Made by a program: the position numbers and the translations under genes | Shown here: piece after piece, positions 1 to 10,034 of the stretch | Layout: each line of letters begins with the position of its first letter | Numbering within the stretch: position 1 is the first letter of the stretch | Notes under the pieces: generated by a model | Database searches by the model: none | Told to the model about the DNA's origin: nothing | The model's input: only the letters and a program-made list of their open reading frames with translations | Source: Candidatus Dojkabacteria bacterium | GTDB lineage: Bacteria > Patescibacteriota > Dojkabacteria > SC72 | Length of the DNA stretch: 64,000 bases | Assembly: GCA_012842045.1 (NCBI GenBank) | Contig: DUTP01000003.1 | Coordinates: 66,532 to 130,531 of the forward strand | Direction of reading: 5' to 3'

Positions 1-41
1 TATCTGCATATTTTGATAGCTATTCTGAAATATTCAATATT

Positions 42-785
42 ATGATAATATTAGACAGGATGATAGTCAAAGATTATTTTAAAATAGTTGTCAGTTTCTT
101 ACTAATATTTGTCTTTTGTTGTTTTTTACCACAAAAGAGTTTTGCTGCTGAGCCCTCATTTTCTTTCTATCCTGCAGGAGGAGTTGTCCAAGATGAGGAG
201 AAAGGTTTTACTGTAGATGTCATTATCAACACCGGAGGAGAGAAGATAGTATCTGCAAAATTTGTAGCATTATTTGATCCTACCGTACTTAGATTAACAA
301 AAGCAGAGAGGAATAGGACGTTTTTTGTTAATTGGCCAGATGATGAGTCGACTCTTGATAATGATAATGGAGTTATTATGCTTTCTGGTTTTACACAGAG
401 TGGTAATGGAGAGCTGTATTCTAGTTCTCCAGAAGGTGATGTTATTGCAAGGTTAACTTTCTCTGTTTTAAGGAGTAAGACAACATACCTGGATTGGGAA
501 TATGAAACAAATAATGGGATTTTTGAAACAAAGATGGAAAAGGATGGAAGTCCTCCTCAAAATATATTAAAAAACAAACCGACTGCAATAGTTCTTCAGA
601 TGGCTGGAGGTGGTTCAGGGCTTGATCCCAGTACGGTAAAAACAGGTGTTTTTGATGGTCCTAAGTATCTTTTAATAGTAGGAGCAATTCTTATTCTCTT
701 TGGAGGCTTTATGATATTTACCAGACCAAATGTATATAGAAGAGGAAAACATACTGTAGTTGTTTATGACAATGAAAAAGAATAA
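42..785 (+). CDS. Secreted hypothetical protein with N-terminal signal/TM segment, a cohesin-like beta-domain (FTVDVIINTGGEKIVSAKFVALFDP) and a C-terminal TM anchor
   Basis: Six-frame ORF. Hydrophobic N-terminus followed by AAEP, Gly/Ser-rich linker, then a C-terminal hydrophobic stretch followed by basic residues. The cohesin-like call is by motif resemblance only. Confidence 0.4.
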   Translation: MIILDRMIVKDYFKIVVSFLLIFVFCCFLPQKSFAAEPSFSFYPAGGVVQDEEKGFTVDVIINTGGEKIVSAKFVALFDPTVLRLTKAERNRTFFVNWPDDESTLDNDNGVIMLSGFTQSGNGELYSSSPEGDVIARLTFSVLRSKTTYLDWEYETNNGIFETKMEKDGSPPQNILKNKPTAIVLQMAGGGSGLDPSTVKTGVFDGPKYLLIVGAILILFGGFMIFTRPNVYRRGKHTVVVYDNEKE

Positions 786-1896
786 TCTTCGTGTTGCAAT
801 AGTAACGGATTCTCTTTTTAGAATGGAGGGTGGTTCTAGGGTCTTAGAATGTTTTGCTCAAATGTTTCCTGATGCTGATATATATACACTTTTTTCTACT
901 CCTGAAAGGCATAGAAAGAAGTATCTATCTGAAGACATTCTTTCTCACAAGATATATACATCAAAACTAGGTAAGAGGTTATTTGTTAACAAGTACTATC
1001 AATGGACTTTACCACTTTGGCCTTTTTACATAGAGAGATTTGATTTTTCAGAATATGATTTAGTAATTTCATCTTCATGGTCTGTTGCTCATGGAGTAAT
1101 TACTCCATTAGGATGTAAACATATTGCATATATTAATACTCCTGTTCGTTATGCTTGGGATCTTTTTCATACTTATTTCTCTAAGAAGAGATTTAATTGG
1201 ATTTATAATTTCTTTATCCATTACCTCAGAATCTGGGATAGTGCTTCTTCTAGTAGGGCAGATTTAATGATAGCTAACTCAAACTTTGTTTCTAAAAGGA
1301 TGAAGAAATATTGGGATAGAGCTGCTGATATTGTAATCCGTCCTCCAGTAAAGAGATATACAGGTAAGATATTTTCTAAAAGAAAAAACTATTTTGTTGC
1401 AGGAGCACCTTTTGAAGAGAACAAGGGTGGAGAATTTCTTTTAGAGTGTGCTAAATGGATAGGTTTTAAACTTAAAATTATTGGTAGTGGAAGTAAAAAG
1501 AAAGAATTGGAAAGGAAGTATAGGGATTGTAAGAATATTGAATTTTTAGGTTGGGTAGATGAGGAAGAGAAATACAAGATTCTTTCTAAAGCATCTGGGT
1601 TTATAATGCCAGGCATTGAGGATTTTGGTATCTTTCCTGTAGAGGCACTAAGTTGTGGTACACCTGTTTTAGGATATGGTTTGGGAGGGATTTTAGATAC
1701 TGTACAGGATGGAATTAATGGTATTCTTTTCTATGAGGAGAACATTGATAGTTTTAAGGAAGCTCTTTTAAAGTTTGAAAACAGTGATTGGGATCATGTA
1801 AAAGTATCCAGGAGTATAGAGGATATGAATAGTGTAGAGGATTTTAAAAAGAAGGTAGGGGAGTTTTTGGTTAATAATTGTATTTTAAGTAAATAA
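772..1896 (+). CDS. Glycosyltransferase family 4 (GT-B fold, retaining)
   Basis: The C-terminal motif GFIMPGIEDFGIFPVEALSCGTPVLGYGLGGILDTVQDGINGILF matches the GT4/GT1 EX7E nucleotide-sugar-binding signature. Start chosen at the internal MKKNN; the ORF-track start at 760 overlaps the upstream gene. Confidence 0.7.
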   Translation: MKKNNLRVAIVTDSLFRMEGGSRVLECFAQMFPDADIYTLFSTPERHRKKYLSEDILSHKIYTSKLGKRLFVNKYYQWTLPLWPFYIERFDFSEYDLVISSSWSVAHGVITPLGCKHIAYINTPVRYAWDLFHTYFSKKRFNWIYNFFIHYLRIWDSASSSRADLMIANSNFVSKRMKKYWDRAADIVIRPPVKRYTGKIFSKRKNYFVAGAPFEENKGGEFLLECAKWIGFKLKIIGSGSKKKELERKYRDCKNIEFLGWVDEEEKYKILSKASGFIMPGIEDFGIFPVEALSCGTPVLGYGLGGILDTVQDGINGILFYEENIDSFKEALLKFENSDWDHVKVSRSIEDMNSVEDFKKKVGEFLVNNCILSK

Positions 1897-1914
1897 TTTT
1901 ATTTCTATATAAAT

Positions 1915-2109
1915 ATGGAAAAAAAAGATAAGGAGAAGAAGGGAAAGAAAAACATTTCTGCAACTGTTAGTGTCTTCTTTATACTAGGTCTTACTTTTTC
2001 TCTTCTTTCAATCATGCCTGATGGAGGTACATATTTACCACTAGGTTTGTCTTTTTTGGCAATAGGTATAGCTGATCTCTTTGAGACTAGGAGAAAACAG
2101 AAAGAATAA
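1915..2109 (+). CDS. Small membrane protein (hypothetical)
   Basis: 64-aa ORF with a K-rich N-terminus and two hydrophobic segments. No recognisable family. Confidence 0.3.
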   Translation: MEKKDKEKKGKKNISATVSVFFILGLTFSLLSIMPDGGTYLPLGLSFLAIGIADLFETRRKQKE

Positions 2110-2154
2110 TATTATTGATAATGATATTAATATTTGATATCATTTCAAACACAT

Positions 2155-2230
2155 GCCGAGATAGCTCAGTTGGTAGAGCACCTGTCTGAAGAACAGGGTG
2201 TCCCCAGTTCAAATCTGGGTCTCGGCACCA
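2155..2230 (+). tRNA. tRNA-Phe (anticodon GAA), CCA encoded
   Basis: Manual cloverleaf: acceptor GCCGAGA/TCTCGGC, D-arm TAGCTCAGTTGGTAGAGC, anticodon stem CCTGT/ACAGG with loop CTGAAGA, T-arm GGTTCAAATCC, terminal CCA. Confidence 0.9.
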
Positions 2231-2231
2231 T

Positions 2232-2308
2232 GCGGGAGTAGTTCAGTTGGCTAGAACGACACATTGCCAATGTGTAGGTCGCGGGTTCGACCCCCGTCTC
2301 CCGCTCCA
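2232..2308 (+). tRNA. tRNA-Gly (anticodon GCC), CCA encoded
   Basis: Acceptor GCGGGAG/CTCCCGC, discriminator T, anticodon stem ACACA/TGTGT with loop TTGCCAA, T-loop TTCGACC. Confidence 0.9.
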
Positions 2309-2339
2309 GATTATCAGTAGAATTAACAAATAAGCTCTT

Positions 2340-2744
2340 CTAAAGCTCATTCTCATCATATAGTTTAATCCATCCCATATCTAACCAAAACATTATTTCA
2401 TCATAAGCTAGAACATCCTTACTAGGCTCATTTAATATATATATATATATGTTTTTGTTGTGTAATAAATTCTGAATAACTACATATGTTAACTCTGCAG
2501 TAGCACTAGCACCAACATACCCTTTTACACCTTTTCTCTCTTCATTCATAAGGAAATAGATATCTGTATTTTCTAATGCTGTATAATAATTCTTGTATAT
2601 CTTTGGTAATTCTTTAGAATAATCCTTTGATTCTACTGGTTTAGGATAATCCAGTATTTCAAAACCTTTCTTTTTGAAATGATTAATCCAATGATTTACC
2701 TCCTTTTGTAGCTTACTACTTCCGGATATGACAACTTTTTTCAT
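2340..2744 (-). CDS. Hypothetical protein, possibly nucleoside 2-deoxyribosyltransferase-like Rossmann fold
   Basis: 134 aa. GYVGASATAELTYVV resembles the NDT-family active-site region. The call is weak. Confidence 0.3.
   Translation of the reverse strand: MKKVVISGSSKLQKEVNHWINHFKKKGFEILDYPKPVESKDYSKELPKIYKNYYTALENTDIYFLMNEERKGVKGYVGASATAELTYVVIQNLLHNKNIYIYILNEPSKDVLAYDEIMFWLDMGWIKLYDENEL
2435..2450. repeat. (AT)8 dinucleotide microsatellite inside a CDS
   Basis: The sequence atatatatatatatat is read directly. It lies within the minus-strand ORF 2340..2744 and encodes ...NIYIYIL... Confidence 0.9.
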
Positions 2745-2781
2745 TATGTATGTTATTGATATTAATTAGTATATTACACAA

Positions 2782-3405
2782 TTATTCCTTTTTCCCTATA
2801 ATTCTCTTTACAAACTTTTTAACCTTCTTTCTGTTTTTATAAAGAATAATAGCTACTACTAAAGTAGTTAAGAATGTTAAAACATTATTAACCGTATCTA
2901 ATATTCCCTTAATCTGGAACCAATTAAATCCTATCTCTGCACCAAGATATGCAAAAGCATATGCATATATAAAGGTACCTATGAAAACAGCAACAGATGT
3001 TGTAAATAGATTTGATTCTAAATATCCTGCAACTACTAATGTAAGAACTCTTAAACCTGGTGTGAATCTTGTGAGAAGTATATAGAGGAAACCTTTTTTA
3101 GAAAGATCTTTCTTTCCTTTTTTAAAAGCTGCTTCAGAAATATTTAAAAACTTACCCTTACCATTTAAAAATTTCAAGATATCTTTGTTTCTGAAGTAAT
3201 AACCAACAAGATATGTTAAAAGAGCACCTACAACTTCACCAATAGCAGTGGTTGCCGCTATTGGAATCAACTCAGTAGGCTTCTGTGCTGCTACCATAAC
3301 GATTACAACCTCAGCTGGAAGTATACCTACAGAAGCTATAAAAATACCTGGATAACCAAACTTACCCATCCAAATAGTTGCTGTCATTAACAGATCAGAT
3401 ATCAT
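2782..3405 (-). CDS. DedA/TVP38 family membrane protein
   Basis: Multi-TM protein with the DedA signature YILLTRFTPGLRVLTLVVAGY. Confidence 0.65.
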   Translation of the reverse strand: MISDLLMTATIWMGKFGYPGIFIASVGILPAEVVIVMVAAQKPTELIPIAATTAIGEVVGALLTYLVGYYFRNKDILKFLNGKGKFLNISEAAFKKGKKDLSKKGFLYILLTRFTPGLRVLTLVVAGYLESNLFTTSVAVFIGTFIYAYAFAYLGAEIGFNWFQIKGILDTVNNVLTFLTTLVVAIILYKNRKKVKKFVKRIIGKKE

Positions 3406-3479
3406 AGTTAATAATCATATCATTAGATAGAAAATAAATATATATTTAACTTTTTTCTTTGTCATGCTAATATTATTTA

Positions 3480-4319
3480 ATGGAAGAGATAAAGCAGAGT
3501 AGGATAATTAAACCCCCTTCAAGAAAAATTTGGTTGAAGGAAAGACTATCTAGGTTTAGACCAGTAGTCTTTCTTAAAAAGAATCTTCCAATTTTTCTTT
3601 TTCTTCTTCTACTCCTAATTTCTTTTTTAGTTGGTTTATGGAATATTAAAAACTTTGAAATTTTAGAAGAGAGTGGGGGAGAGATTGATGAAAATGTGAG
3701 TAGGATGGTTGAAGAATATCTCAAGAAGAATGTTAAAGGTAAGAATTTCTTTTTGATTCATTCTAATAAACTAGGAGAAGATTTAGTTGAAAATATTCCC
3801 TTTATTAAGTTCGCATCCGTTTCGAAAAATGTTCCCAATTCAATATTGATAGTTTTAGATGTTCTTACTCCTGAATTTGTAGCATATACAGGTGATAATA
3901 GGTGTACCCTTCTCTCAATAGAGGGTAATGTTTTGGAAAATCTTTGTGAAGATGAAGAAGATATTAAGAAATGTTGTGAAAATTATCATTCTGAGAAGAA
4001 TATAGCTGTCTTTAAATCAAAAGACCTCTCTATTGCAAAACTAAGTAGTGGAAAAGAGAGACTTTTAGTTATGGAAACCTTGTCAAAAGTTATTAAGGTG
4101 ATTAGATCTTTTGACATTAAGGTGAAGGAAATAACTTTGAGTGAAAATGTTGTGGATTTCAAAGATCAGGAGGATAGGATAACTAGGTTTACGCTTTCTG
4201 ATGAAATTGAGGTACAGTTAGCTAGATATTTCATCGTTATGGGAAAGATTAAGAGTGAAAAAGTTAGGCATACTCTAGTGGATGTTAGGTTTAAACGTCC
4301 TGTTGTAAAAACTAATTAG
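3480..4319 (+). CDS. ftsQ: Cell division protein FtsQ/DivIB-like (single TM plus POTRA-like region)
   Basis: N-terminal TM segment, then a beta-rich region (FIKFASVSKNVPNSILIVLDVLTPEFVAY). It sits immediately upstream of ftsA-ftsZ, a conserved gene order. Confidence 0.55.
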   Translation: MEEIKQSRIIKPPSRKIWLKERLSRFRPVVFLKKNLPIFLFLLLLLISFLVGLWNIKNFEILEESGGEIDENVSRMVEEYLKKNVKGKNFFLIHSNKLGEDLVENIPFIKFASVSKNVPNSILIVLDVLTPEFVAYTGDNRCTLLSIEGNVLENLCEDEEDIKKCCENYHSEKNIAVFKSKDLSIAKLSSGKERLLVMETLSKVIKVIRSFDIKVKEITLSENVVDFKDQEDRITRFTLSDEIEVQLARYFIVMGKIKSEKVRHTLVDVRFKRPVVKTN

Positions 4320-4457
4320 GAGTAATGTTTTTAAGATTAATTTTGAATTTAATTGTAAGTACTTGCTAAACTATCTAATTTTGATTATATTATTATACTG
4401 ATGTTGTTAAAAAACATCTTTTTTGTATTAAGTTAAGTAAATAATACTGATACACAT

Positions 4458-5756
4458 ATGGCACGAAAAATAATAACTGCAATAGATGTTGGGACCTCTA
4501 AAGTAACTACTTTAATTACCTCTGTTGAGGATGGGAAAAATCCGACAGTTATAGGAGTTTGTGCCTATCCAAGCAAGGGTATTAGAAAAGGTGTAGTTGT
4601 TAATATTGATGATGCTACCAGCTCTATTCTAGAAAGTGTAACAGCAGCAGAGAGGATGGCAGGCGTAACAGTGTCAGATGTTGTTGTTTCAATAAATGGA
4701 GAGCAGGTAACTAGTTTGAATAATAAAGGAGTTGTTGCAGTTGCAGGTAGTGAGATAACAATAGATGATACATATAGAGCTATTGAGAATGCTAGGACAT
4801 TGTCATTACCTGATAATCTTAATCCCATACATATTATTCCTAGAGAGTTTGTTGTGGACAGTCAAGGTGGTATTAAGTATCCAATTGGTATGAGTGGTGG
4901 AAGATTAGAAGTTGAAACACATATCATTACAGCACCTAATTCATATTGGCAAAACATTAAGAAATGTGTTGAGCAAGTGGGTGCTACAGTATCAGATGTT
5001 ATCTTTACTGCATGGGCATCTTCACTGGCTGTTCTTACTGATACAGAGAAAGAATTAGGTGTTACACTTTTAGATATTGGTGCAGGTACAACAGGTATTA
5101 CAATTTTCCAGGAAGGTTCCATTATATACAGTGCTTGTGTTCCTTTGGGTGGTATCAGTATTACTAGTGATATTGCTATTGGATTGCAGGTATCACTTGA
5201 AGAAGCAGAGAAGATTAAGGTTAATATGAACACTCTTTATGATGCCAAGTATGATGGCTCCAAGACAAAAGACCTTGACTCTATTCCAACAATTCTTAGA
5301 AAGAAAGAACCTCCTTCACAGAAGAAGAAAGGTGAAGAGTTAGATTTGAATGCAATTGGTATTGATAAAAAGATTTCTAAAGAAATGCTTGATAAGATTG
5401 TGAGTGCTAGATGTGAGGAGATTTTTGAAATGGTAAAGGAAGATATTTCTAAAGCAGGATACGACATGGCAATGCCAGCAGGTATTGTTCTTACTGGAGG
5501 TAGTTCATTACTAAGAGATATTACGAAGTATGCGCAGGATGTATCTGGGGTTGTAGGTAGGGTCGCATATCCATCAGGATTAACAGGTATGACTGAAGAG
5601 ATATCAGATCCAGCATATGCTTGTGTACAAGGATCAATAAAACATGCAATTGATGATGATGTAGATGTAGGTGGAGGATCAGGTGAAAAAGGAAGGGTTG
5701 ATGTGAAAGGTTTTTTTGGTAAAATGGGAGAGTGGTTTAAGTCATTACTGCCATAA
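4458..5756 (+). CDS. ftsA: Cell division protein FtsA (actin-like ATPase)
   Basis: N-terminal AIDVGTSKV phosphate-1 motif and LDIGAGTTGITIF; contiguous with ftsZ. Confidence 0.85.
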   Translation: MARKIITAIDVGTSKVTTLITSVEDGKNPTVIGVCAYPSKGIRKGVVVNIDDATSSILESVTAAERMAGVTVSDVVVSINGEQVTSLNNKGVVAVAGSEITIDDTYRAIENARTLSLPDNLNPIHIIPREFVVDSQGGIKYPIGMSGGRLEVETHIITAPNSYWQNIKKCVEQVGATVSDVIFTAWASSLAVLTDTEKELGVTLLDIGAGTTGITIFQEGSIIYSACVPLGGISITSDIAIGLQVSLEEAEKIKVNMNTLYDAKYDGSKTKDLDSIPTILRKKEPPSQKKKGEELDLNAIGIDKKISKEMLDKIVSARCEEIFEMVKEDISKAGYDMAMPAGIVLTGGSSLLRDITKYAQDVSGVVGRVAYPSGLTGMTEEISDPAYACVQGSIKHAIDDDVDVGGGSGEKGRVDVKGFFGKMGEWFKSLLP

Positions 5757-5781
5757 ATAATTTAAGTTTACTATACTGAGT

Positions 5782-7002
5782 ATGCCTTTAGTTACAACAA
5801 ATGTTGACCCAGTTGCTAAAATAAAAGTAATCGGTGTAGGTGGTGGTGGTTGTAATGCAATCAATACCATGATTACTGATTATGATATCGCTGGAGTCGA
5901 ATTTATGGCATTTAATACAGATGCACAAGCACTTAAGATGTCACAAGCTCCAATTACTTTACAGTTGGGAGAGGAATTAACAAAAGGATTAGGAGTAGGA
6001 GGTAATGCCGAATTAGGAGCACAAGCAGCGGAGGAAAGTTTAGATCAGATACAGGAATATTTAGAAGGAGCAAACATGGTCTTTATCACAGCAGGTATGG
6101 GTGGTGGAACAGGAACAGGAGCTGCACCAGTTATTGCAGGAGTAGCTAAAAATATGGGAGCATTAACAGTAGCTGTTGTTACAAAACCTTTTGATTTTGA
6201 AGGAAGTAAAAGAATGGAGATTGCAGAAGAGGGAATAGCTAAATTGAGGGATAAAGTGGATACTTTGATAATTGTACCCAACCAGAGACTGTTAGAAGTA
6301 GTTAATGAAAGTGAGAAACTATCGTTTATTGATGCTATGAAGAAAGTTGACTCTGTATTAGCAGAAGGTGTTAACAGTATTTCAAACCTTATTAGTGAAA
6401 CAGGATATATTAATGCAGACTTCAATGATGCTAAATCTGTTATGGAGAATGCTGGTACAGCCCTTATGGGTATAGGAAGAGCTTCTGGAGAAAACAGAGC
6501 AGAAGATGCTGCAAGGCTAGCAACAACCAGCCCATTACTAGATATGTCAATCGAAGGTGCTACAGGAGTGCTTTACAATATTGTTGGTGGTACAGATTTA
6601 TCTCTTGCTGAGATAAGCGAAGTATCAGAACTAATAAAAGAAGCAGTAGACCCATCTGCAAATATTAAATTTGGAGCACAGATTAATCCCGATGCGGGTG
6701 ATGAACTAACAATCACGATTGTAGCTACTGGCTTTGATGAATCAAAACAGATATATAGAAACAGAACATCTGAGGATACTCACTCTGTTCCTCCTGTAAG
6801 AACATTTGGTTTTGATAGTAATACTAAAGAAACAGAAACATTAGAACAAGAGAAGGACACAGAGACATTAGACTCATTTGACAGTGATGAAGATGATATG
6901 GAAGAAGATACTGTTGATATTGAAAGTACCGCTGATGCTATAAATAACATGCAAGTTGAAGACCCTCTAGATGTTCCAGCATTTATGAGAGGGAAGAAAT
7001 AG
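5782..7002 (+). CDS. ftsZ: Cell division GTPase FtsZ
   Basis: Tubulin signature GGGTGTGAAPVIA, N-terminal IKVIGVGGGGCNAIN, acidic C-terminal tail with terminal DVPAFMR peptide. Confidence 0.95.
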   Translation: MPLVTTNVDPVAKIKVIGVGGGGCNAINTMITDYDIAGVEFMAFNTDAQALKMSQAPITLQLGEELTKGLGVGGNAELGAQAAEESLDQIQEYLEGANMVFITAGMGGGTGTGAAPVIAGVAKNMGALTVAVVTKPFDFEGSKRMEIAEEGIAKLRDKVDTLIIVPNQRLLEVVNESEKLSFIDAMKKVDSVLAEGVNSISNLISETGYINADFNDAKSVMENAGTALMGIGRASGENRAEDAARLATTSPLLDMSIEGATGVLYNIVGGTDLSLAEISEVSELIKEAVDPSANIKFGAQINPDAGDELTITIVATGFDESKQIYRNRTSEDTHSVPPVRTFGFDSNTKETETLEQEKDTETLDSFDSDEDDMEEDTVDIESTADAINNMQVEDPLDVPAFMRGKK

Positions 7003-7026
7003 TTCCTACTCTGGTATAATCAACAT

Positions 7027-8349
7027 ATGAAATCATTAGCGTCTTCAAGTTTAAAAAGAAGGCTTTCCAATTGGCCTTTCTTACTAACAATCTTACTACT
7101 AATTTTAATAGGTTTACTTACTCTCTACTCTACACTCATTCTACCAACAGGTGGTTTAGGAGATAAATCTATTTTTACCAAACAACTAATCTTTACTGCT
7201 GTAGGAATAATATTCTTTTTAATTTTAAGTAAAATAGATTTAAATCATCTCAAACAGTGGCAAATTGTTCTAATAATCTACATCTTCACATTGGCACTTC
7301 TTGTTGCGACACTACTCTTTGGTCCACCAATTAAAAATGTAAAAAGATGGTTAATAATAGGTCCAATACAAATACAACCTTCCGAAATAGCAAAGTTAAC
7401 TGTAATAATTACAACATCAGCAATCTTTTCTCTTAAAGAGAAATATAATGAATGGTTTCTTTTTCTCATATCTTTCCTTCTTGTTTTACCAATACTAGTA
7501 TTAATATATTTACAACCAAGTGGAAGTATGACTTTACTAACACTTGGGATATGGTTTGTTTTAGCATTTATGGGACTGAATAATCCAATTAGGAATATTA
7601 CACTTCTTAGTATCATAATCCTAACTATTGGAGCTTTTCTTCTCTCATCTGTAACGTCGAATAATCTCTGGTATCTTTTACTAATACCTTCTATTGTGAT
7701 TTCAATCCTAGGTTTCTATGTAAAAGACAATTGGAAAGTGTTAATTACTATTTCATTATCAATAGCACTGCTTTTAGGAATGGTTGCTTCTGTTACATGG
7801 AATAAGGTATTAAAAGATTACCAAAAAACCAGAATAGTGGCATTTATCTCACCAGAGGAAATTTCTCCTGACAAACTCTTTAATGTAAACCAATCAAAGA
7901 TTGCAATTGGATCAGGGCAGATATTTGGTAAAGGTTTTGGAAATGGGACACAGAGTAAAAGAAACTTCTTACCTGAGTTTAGAACAGACTTTATCTTTGC
8001 ATCTTTTGCCGAGGAATTTGGTCTTGTTGGTAGCCTTTTTCTCATGGCTCTCTACACGATAATAATAGTCTTCTGTTTTTGGAATGCAATAGCTAGTGAA
8101 AAGGATATAACTCTTTCCCTAATATGTATAGGAGTAGGAGTTAAAATTCTTTTGGAAGTATTTACAAACATAGGGACAAATACGGGTAGTATACCTGCAA
8201 CAGGCATACCTCTTCCATTAATGAGTGCTGGTGGAACTATTACCATTATGACTCTTGCATCTTTAGGTTTAGTTAATAATATAGGGAAGAAGAATGCAAA
8301 AAAGATTAGAGTAAGTAGTTCCGATTTGGTGGAAGTATATGAGAAATGA
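7027..8349 (+). CDS. ftsW: SEDS-family peptidoglycan glycosyltransferase FtsW/RodA
   Basis: About 10 TM segments. C-terminal IPATGIPLPLMSAGGTIT matches the SEDS signature. Follows ftsZ. Confidence 0.7.
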   Translation: MKSLASSSLKRRLSNWPFLLTILLLILIGLLTLYSTLILPTGGLGDKSIFTKQLIFTAVGIIFFLILSKIDLNHLKQWQIVLIIYIFTLALLVATLLFGPPIKNVKRWLIIGPIQIQPSEIAKLTVIITTSAIFSLKEKYNEWFLFLISFLLVLPILVLIYLQPSGSMTLLTLGIWFVLAFMGLNNPIRNITLLSIIILTIGAFLLSSVTSNNLWYLLLIPSIVISILGFYVKDNWKVLITISLSIALLLGMVASVTWNKVLKDYQKTRIVAFISPEEISPDKLFNVNQSKIAIGSGQIFGKGFGNGTQSKRNFLPEFRTDFIFASFAEEFGLVGSLFLMALYTIIIVFCFWNAIASEKDITLSLICIGVGVKILLEVFTNIGTNTGSIPATGIPLPLMSAGGTITIMTLASLGLVNNIGKKNAKKIRVSSSDLVEVYEK

Positions 8350-8394
8350 TAAAAAGATTGACTTTTTAACCTACATAACATAAAATCCATACCT

Positions 8395-8814
8395 ATGGCA
8401 GACAAAAAAGAAACAAAAGCTACAAAAAAGACAACAACTGATAAAAAAGTTGATAAAAAAGCTACTCCTAAAAAAGAAGTTAAGGTAGAGGCAAAGAAAA
8501 GTGAAAAGTTTGCAGTAATCGCAATTTCAGGAGTTCAGTTAAAGGTATTCGAAGGTATGGGATATGAAGTAAGCAAGCTAGAAGGAAAGAAAGGAGATAA
8601 ATTAGAAATTAAGGAAGTTTTACTAATCTCTGATGGGAAAGATACAAAAGTAGGAACCCCTTACATTGATGGTGCGACTGTCAAATTAGAGATTACATCA
8701 CAAAAGAAAGGTAAGAAGATAGAGGGCTTCACTTACAAAGCTAAGTCTAGACAGAGAAGAAGATACGGTTACAGACCAAGTATTACTAGAGTATTAGTTA
8801 AAAGTATTAGCTAA
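8395..8814 (+). CDS. rplU: 50S ribosomal protein L21 with a ~45-aa Lys-rich N-terminal extension
   Basis: Core FAVIAISGVQLKVFEG...KAKSRQRRRYGYR is L21. The first ~45 residues are a K/T/A-rich low-complexity extension. Confidence 0.85.
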   Translation: MADKKETKATKKTTTDKKVDKKATPKKEVKVEAKKSEKFAVIAISGVQLKVFEGMGYEVSKLEGKKGDKLEIKEVLLISDGKDTKVGTPYIDGATVKLEITSQKKGKKIEGFTYKAKSRQRRRYGYRPSITRVLVKSIS

Positions 8815-8815
8815 A

Positions 8816-10006
8816 ATGTCCAAACAACTCTTCATTCAATCTGGGGTCTTTCCAGAGCTATCATTTGCAGAACTATTGTCTGTACTTTCATCTTTTGGAT
8901 TACATAGAGAATGTGTGAGTAGATATGGAAAGAATATTTTTCTACTAAATATTGATGAAAAGATAACCTCTCAACTAGCTAGAATAATCTTTTTAAGATT
9001 AGGTGGTGCTATTAGACTTGGCGAAATAATTGAAGATATAGATTCTTTTGAAATGGATACTGAGAATGATAAGAAAGTAACATTTGGTATTTCAATATTA
9101 GGAGAGGGTAGAAAAACAGATAGTGCTGTATTAAAAAAGTTAGCCAATGGAATAAAAAGACAACTTAGAGAAAATAAAATTTCATCTAGATTTGTTTTAC
9201 CACAAAATAAAGATATATCTTTAAATGCTGCGCAGATAATAAAAAACAATATTCTTTCCGAAGGTTTTGAACTTGTTTTAATTAGAAATGGAAATCAAGA
9301 GATATATGGTAAAACATTAGAGATACAGGATTTAGAAGGTTTTGTTGGTAGAGATATTAAAAGACCTGAGAGTAATTTACAGATGGGTACACTTCCTCCA
9401 AAGCTTGCAAGGATAATGGTTAATCTAACAGGATTAAAGAATGGTGTAATATGGGATCCTTTCTGTGGATCAGGTACTCTTCTAATGGAAGCAGCTGTTT
9501 TAGGTTTTGATTTTCTAGCATCTGATATTGACCCTAGGGCTGTTATCGACACAGAGAATAATATTAAATGGCTTCTTGGAGAAGGTCAGATAACAGAGAA
9601 TACATATTACAGTGCTTTTCAGTTTGATATATTAAAACCAGATCAAGGGATTGTTAACAAATTAAAGCATACAGATATAGATGCTATTGTTTGTGAACCA
9701 TATATGGGACCTCCCCAAACTAGAATACTCTCTGTAGAATATGCAAATAAACTGTTGGAAGATGTAAAACGATTATACAGAAAGCTTTTTGAACTGATAG
9801 ATGAGAAGCTTCAAAAGAGGGGAATAAAGGTAGTGATGATACTTCCTTCGTATAAAACAGATAAGGGATGGAAAACTTTTGGTATTAGAGAATTAGTAGG
9901 GAAGAGATGGGATGTCAAAAATACGACACTTGTACAAGAGGACTTGAAGTGGATGAGAAAAAATAGTATTATTACCCGTAACATTTTCATACTAGAAAGA
10001 ACCTAG
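8816..10006 (+). CDS. Class I SAM-dependent RNA methyltransferase (UPF0020/Trm11-RlmL-like, with a THUMP-like N-terminal region)
   Basis: GVIWDPFCGSGTLLMEAAVLGF (motif I) and the upstream KRPESNLQMGTLPPKLARIMVNL are typical of N2-guanine RNA methylases. Inserted between rplU and rpmA. Confidence 0.55.
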   Translation: MSKQLFIQSGVFPELSFAELLSVLSSFGLHRECVSRYGKNIFLLNIDEKITSQLARIIFLRLGGAIRLGEIIEDIDSFEMDTENDKKVTFGISILGEGRKTDSAVLKKLANGIKRQLRENKISSRFVLPQNKDISLNAAQIIKNNILSEGFELVLIRNGNQEIYGKTLEIQDLEGFVGRDIKRPESNLQMGTLPPKLARIMVNLTGLKNGVIWDPFCGSGTLLMEAAVLGFDFLASDIDPRAVIDTENNIKWLLGEGQITENTYYSAFQFDILKPDQGIVNKLKHTDIDAIVCEPYMGPPQTRILSVEYANKLLEDVKRLYRKLFELIDEKLQKRGIKVVMILPSYKTDKGWKTFGIRELVGKRWDVKNTTLVQEDLKWMRKNSIITRNIFILERT

Positions 10007-10034
10007 TATATATATAACTTGAAATAAAGAACAA

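Noticed and set aside
4565-6425. Antisense ORFs inside ftsA and ftsZ (4565..4828, 4862..5233, 5237..5467, 6045..6425)
   Set aside because: Embedded opposite well-supported conserved genes, with low-complexity S/T/I-rich translations. Frame-shadow artefacts.
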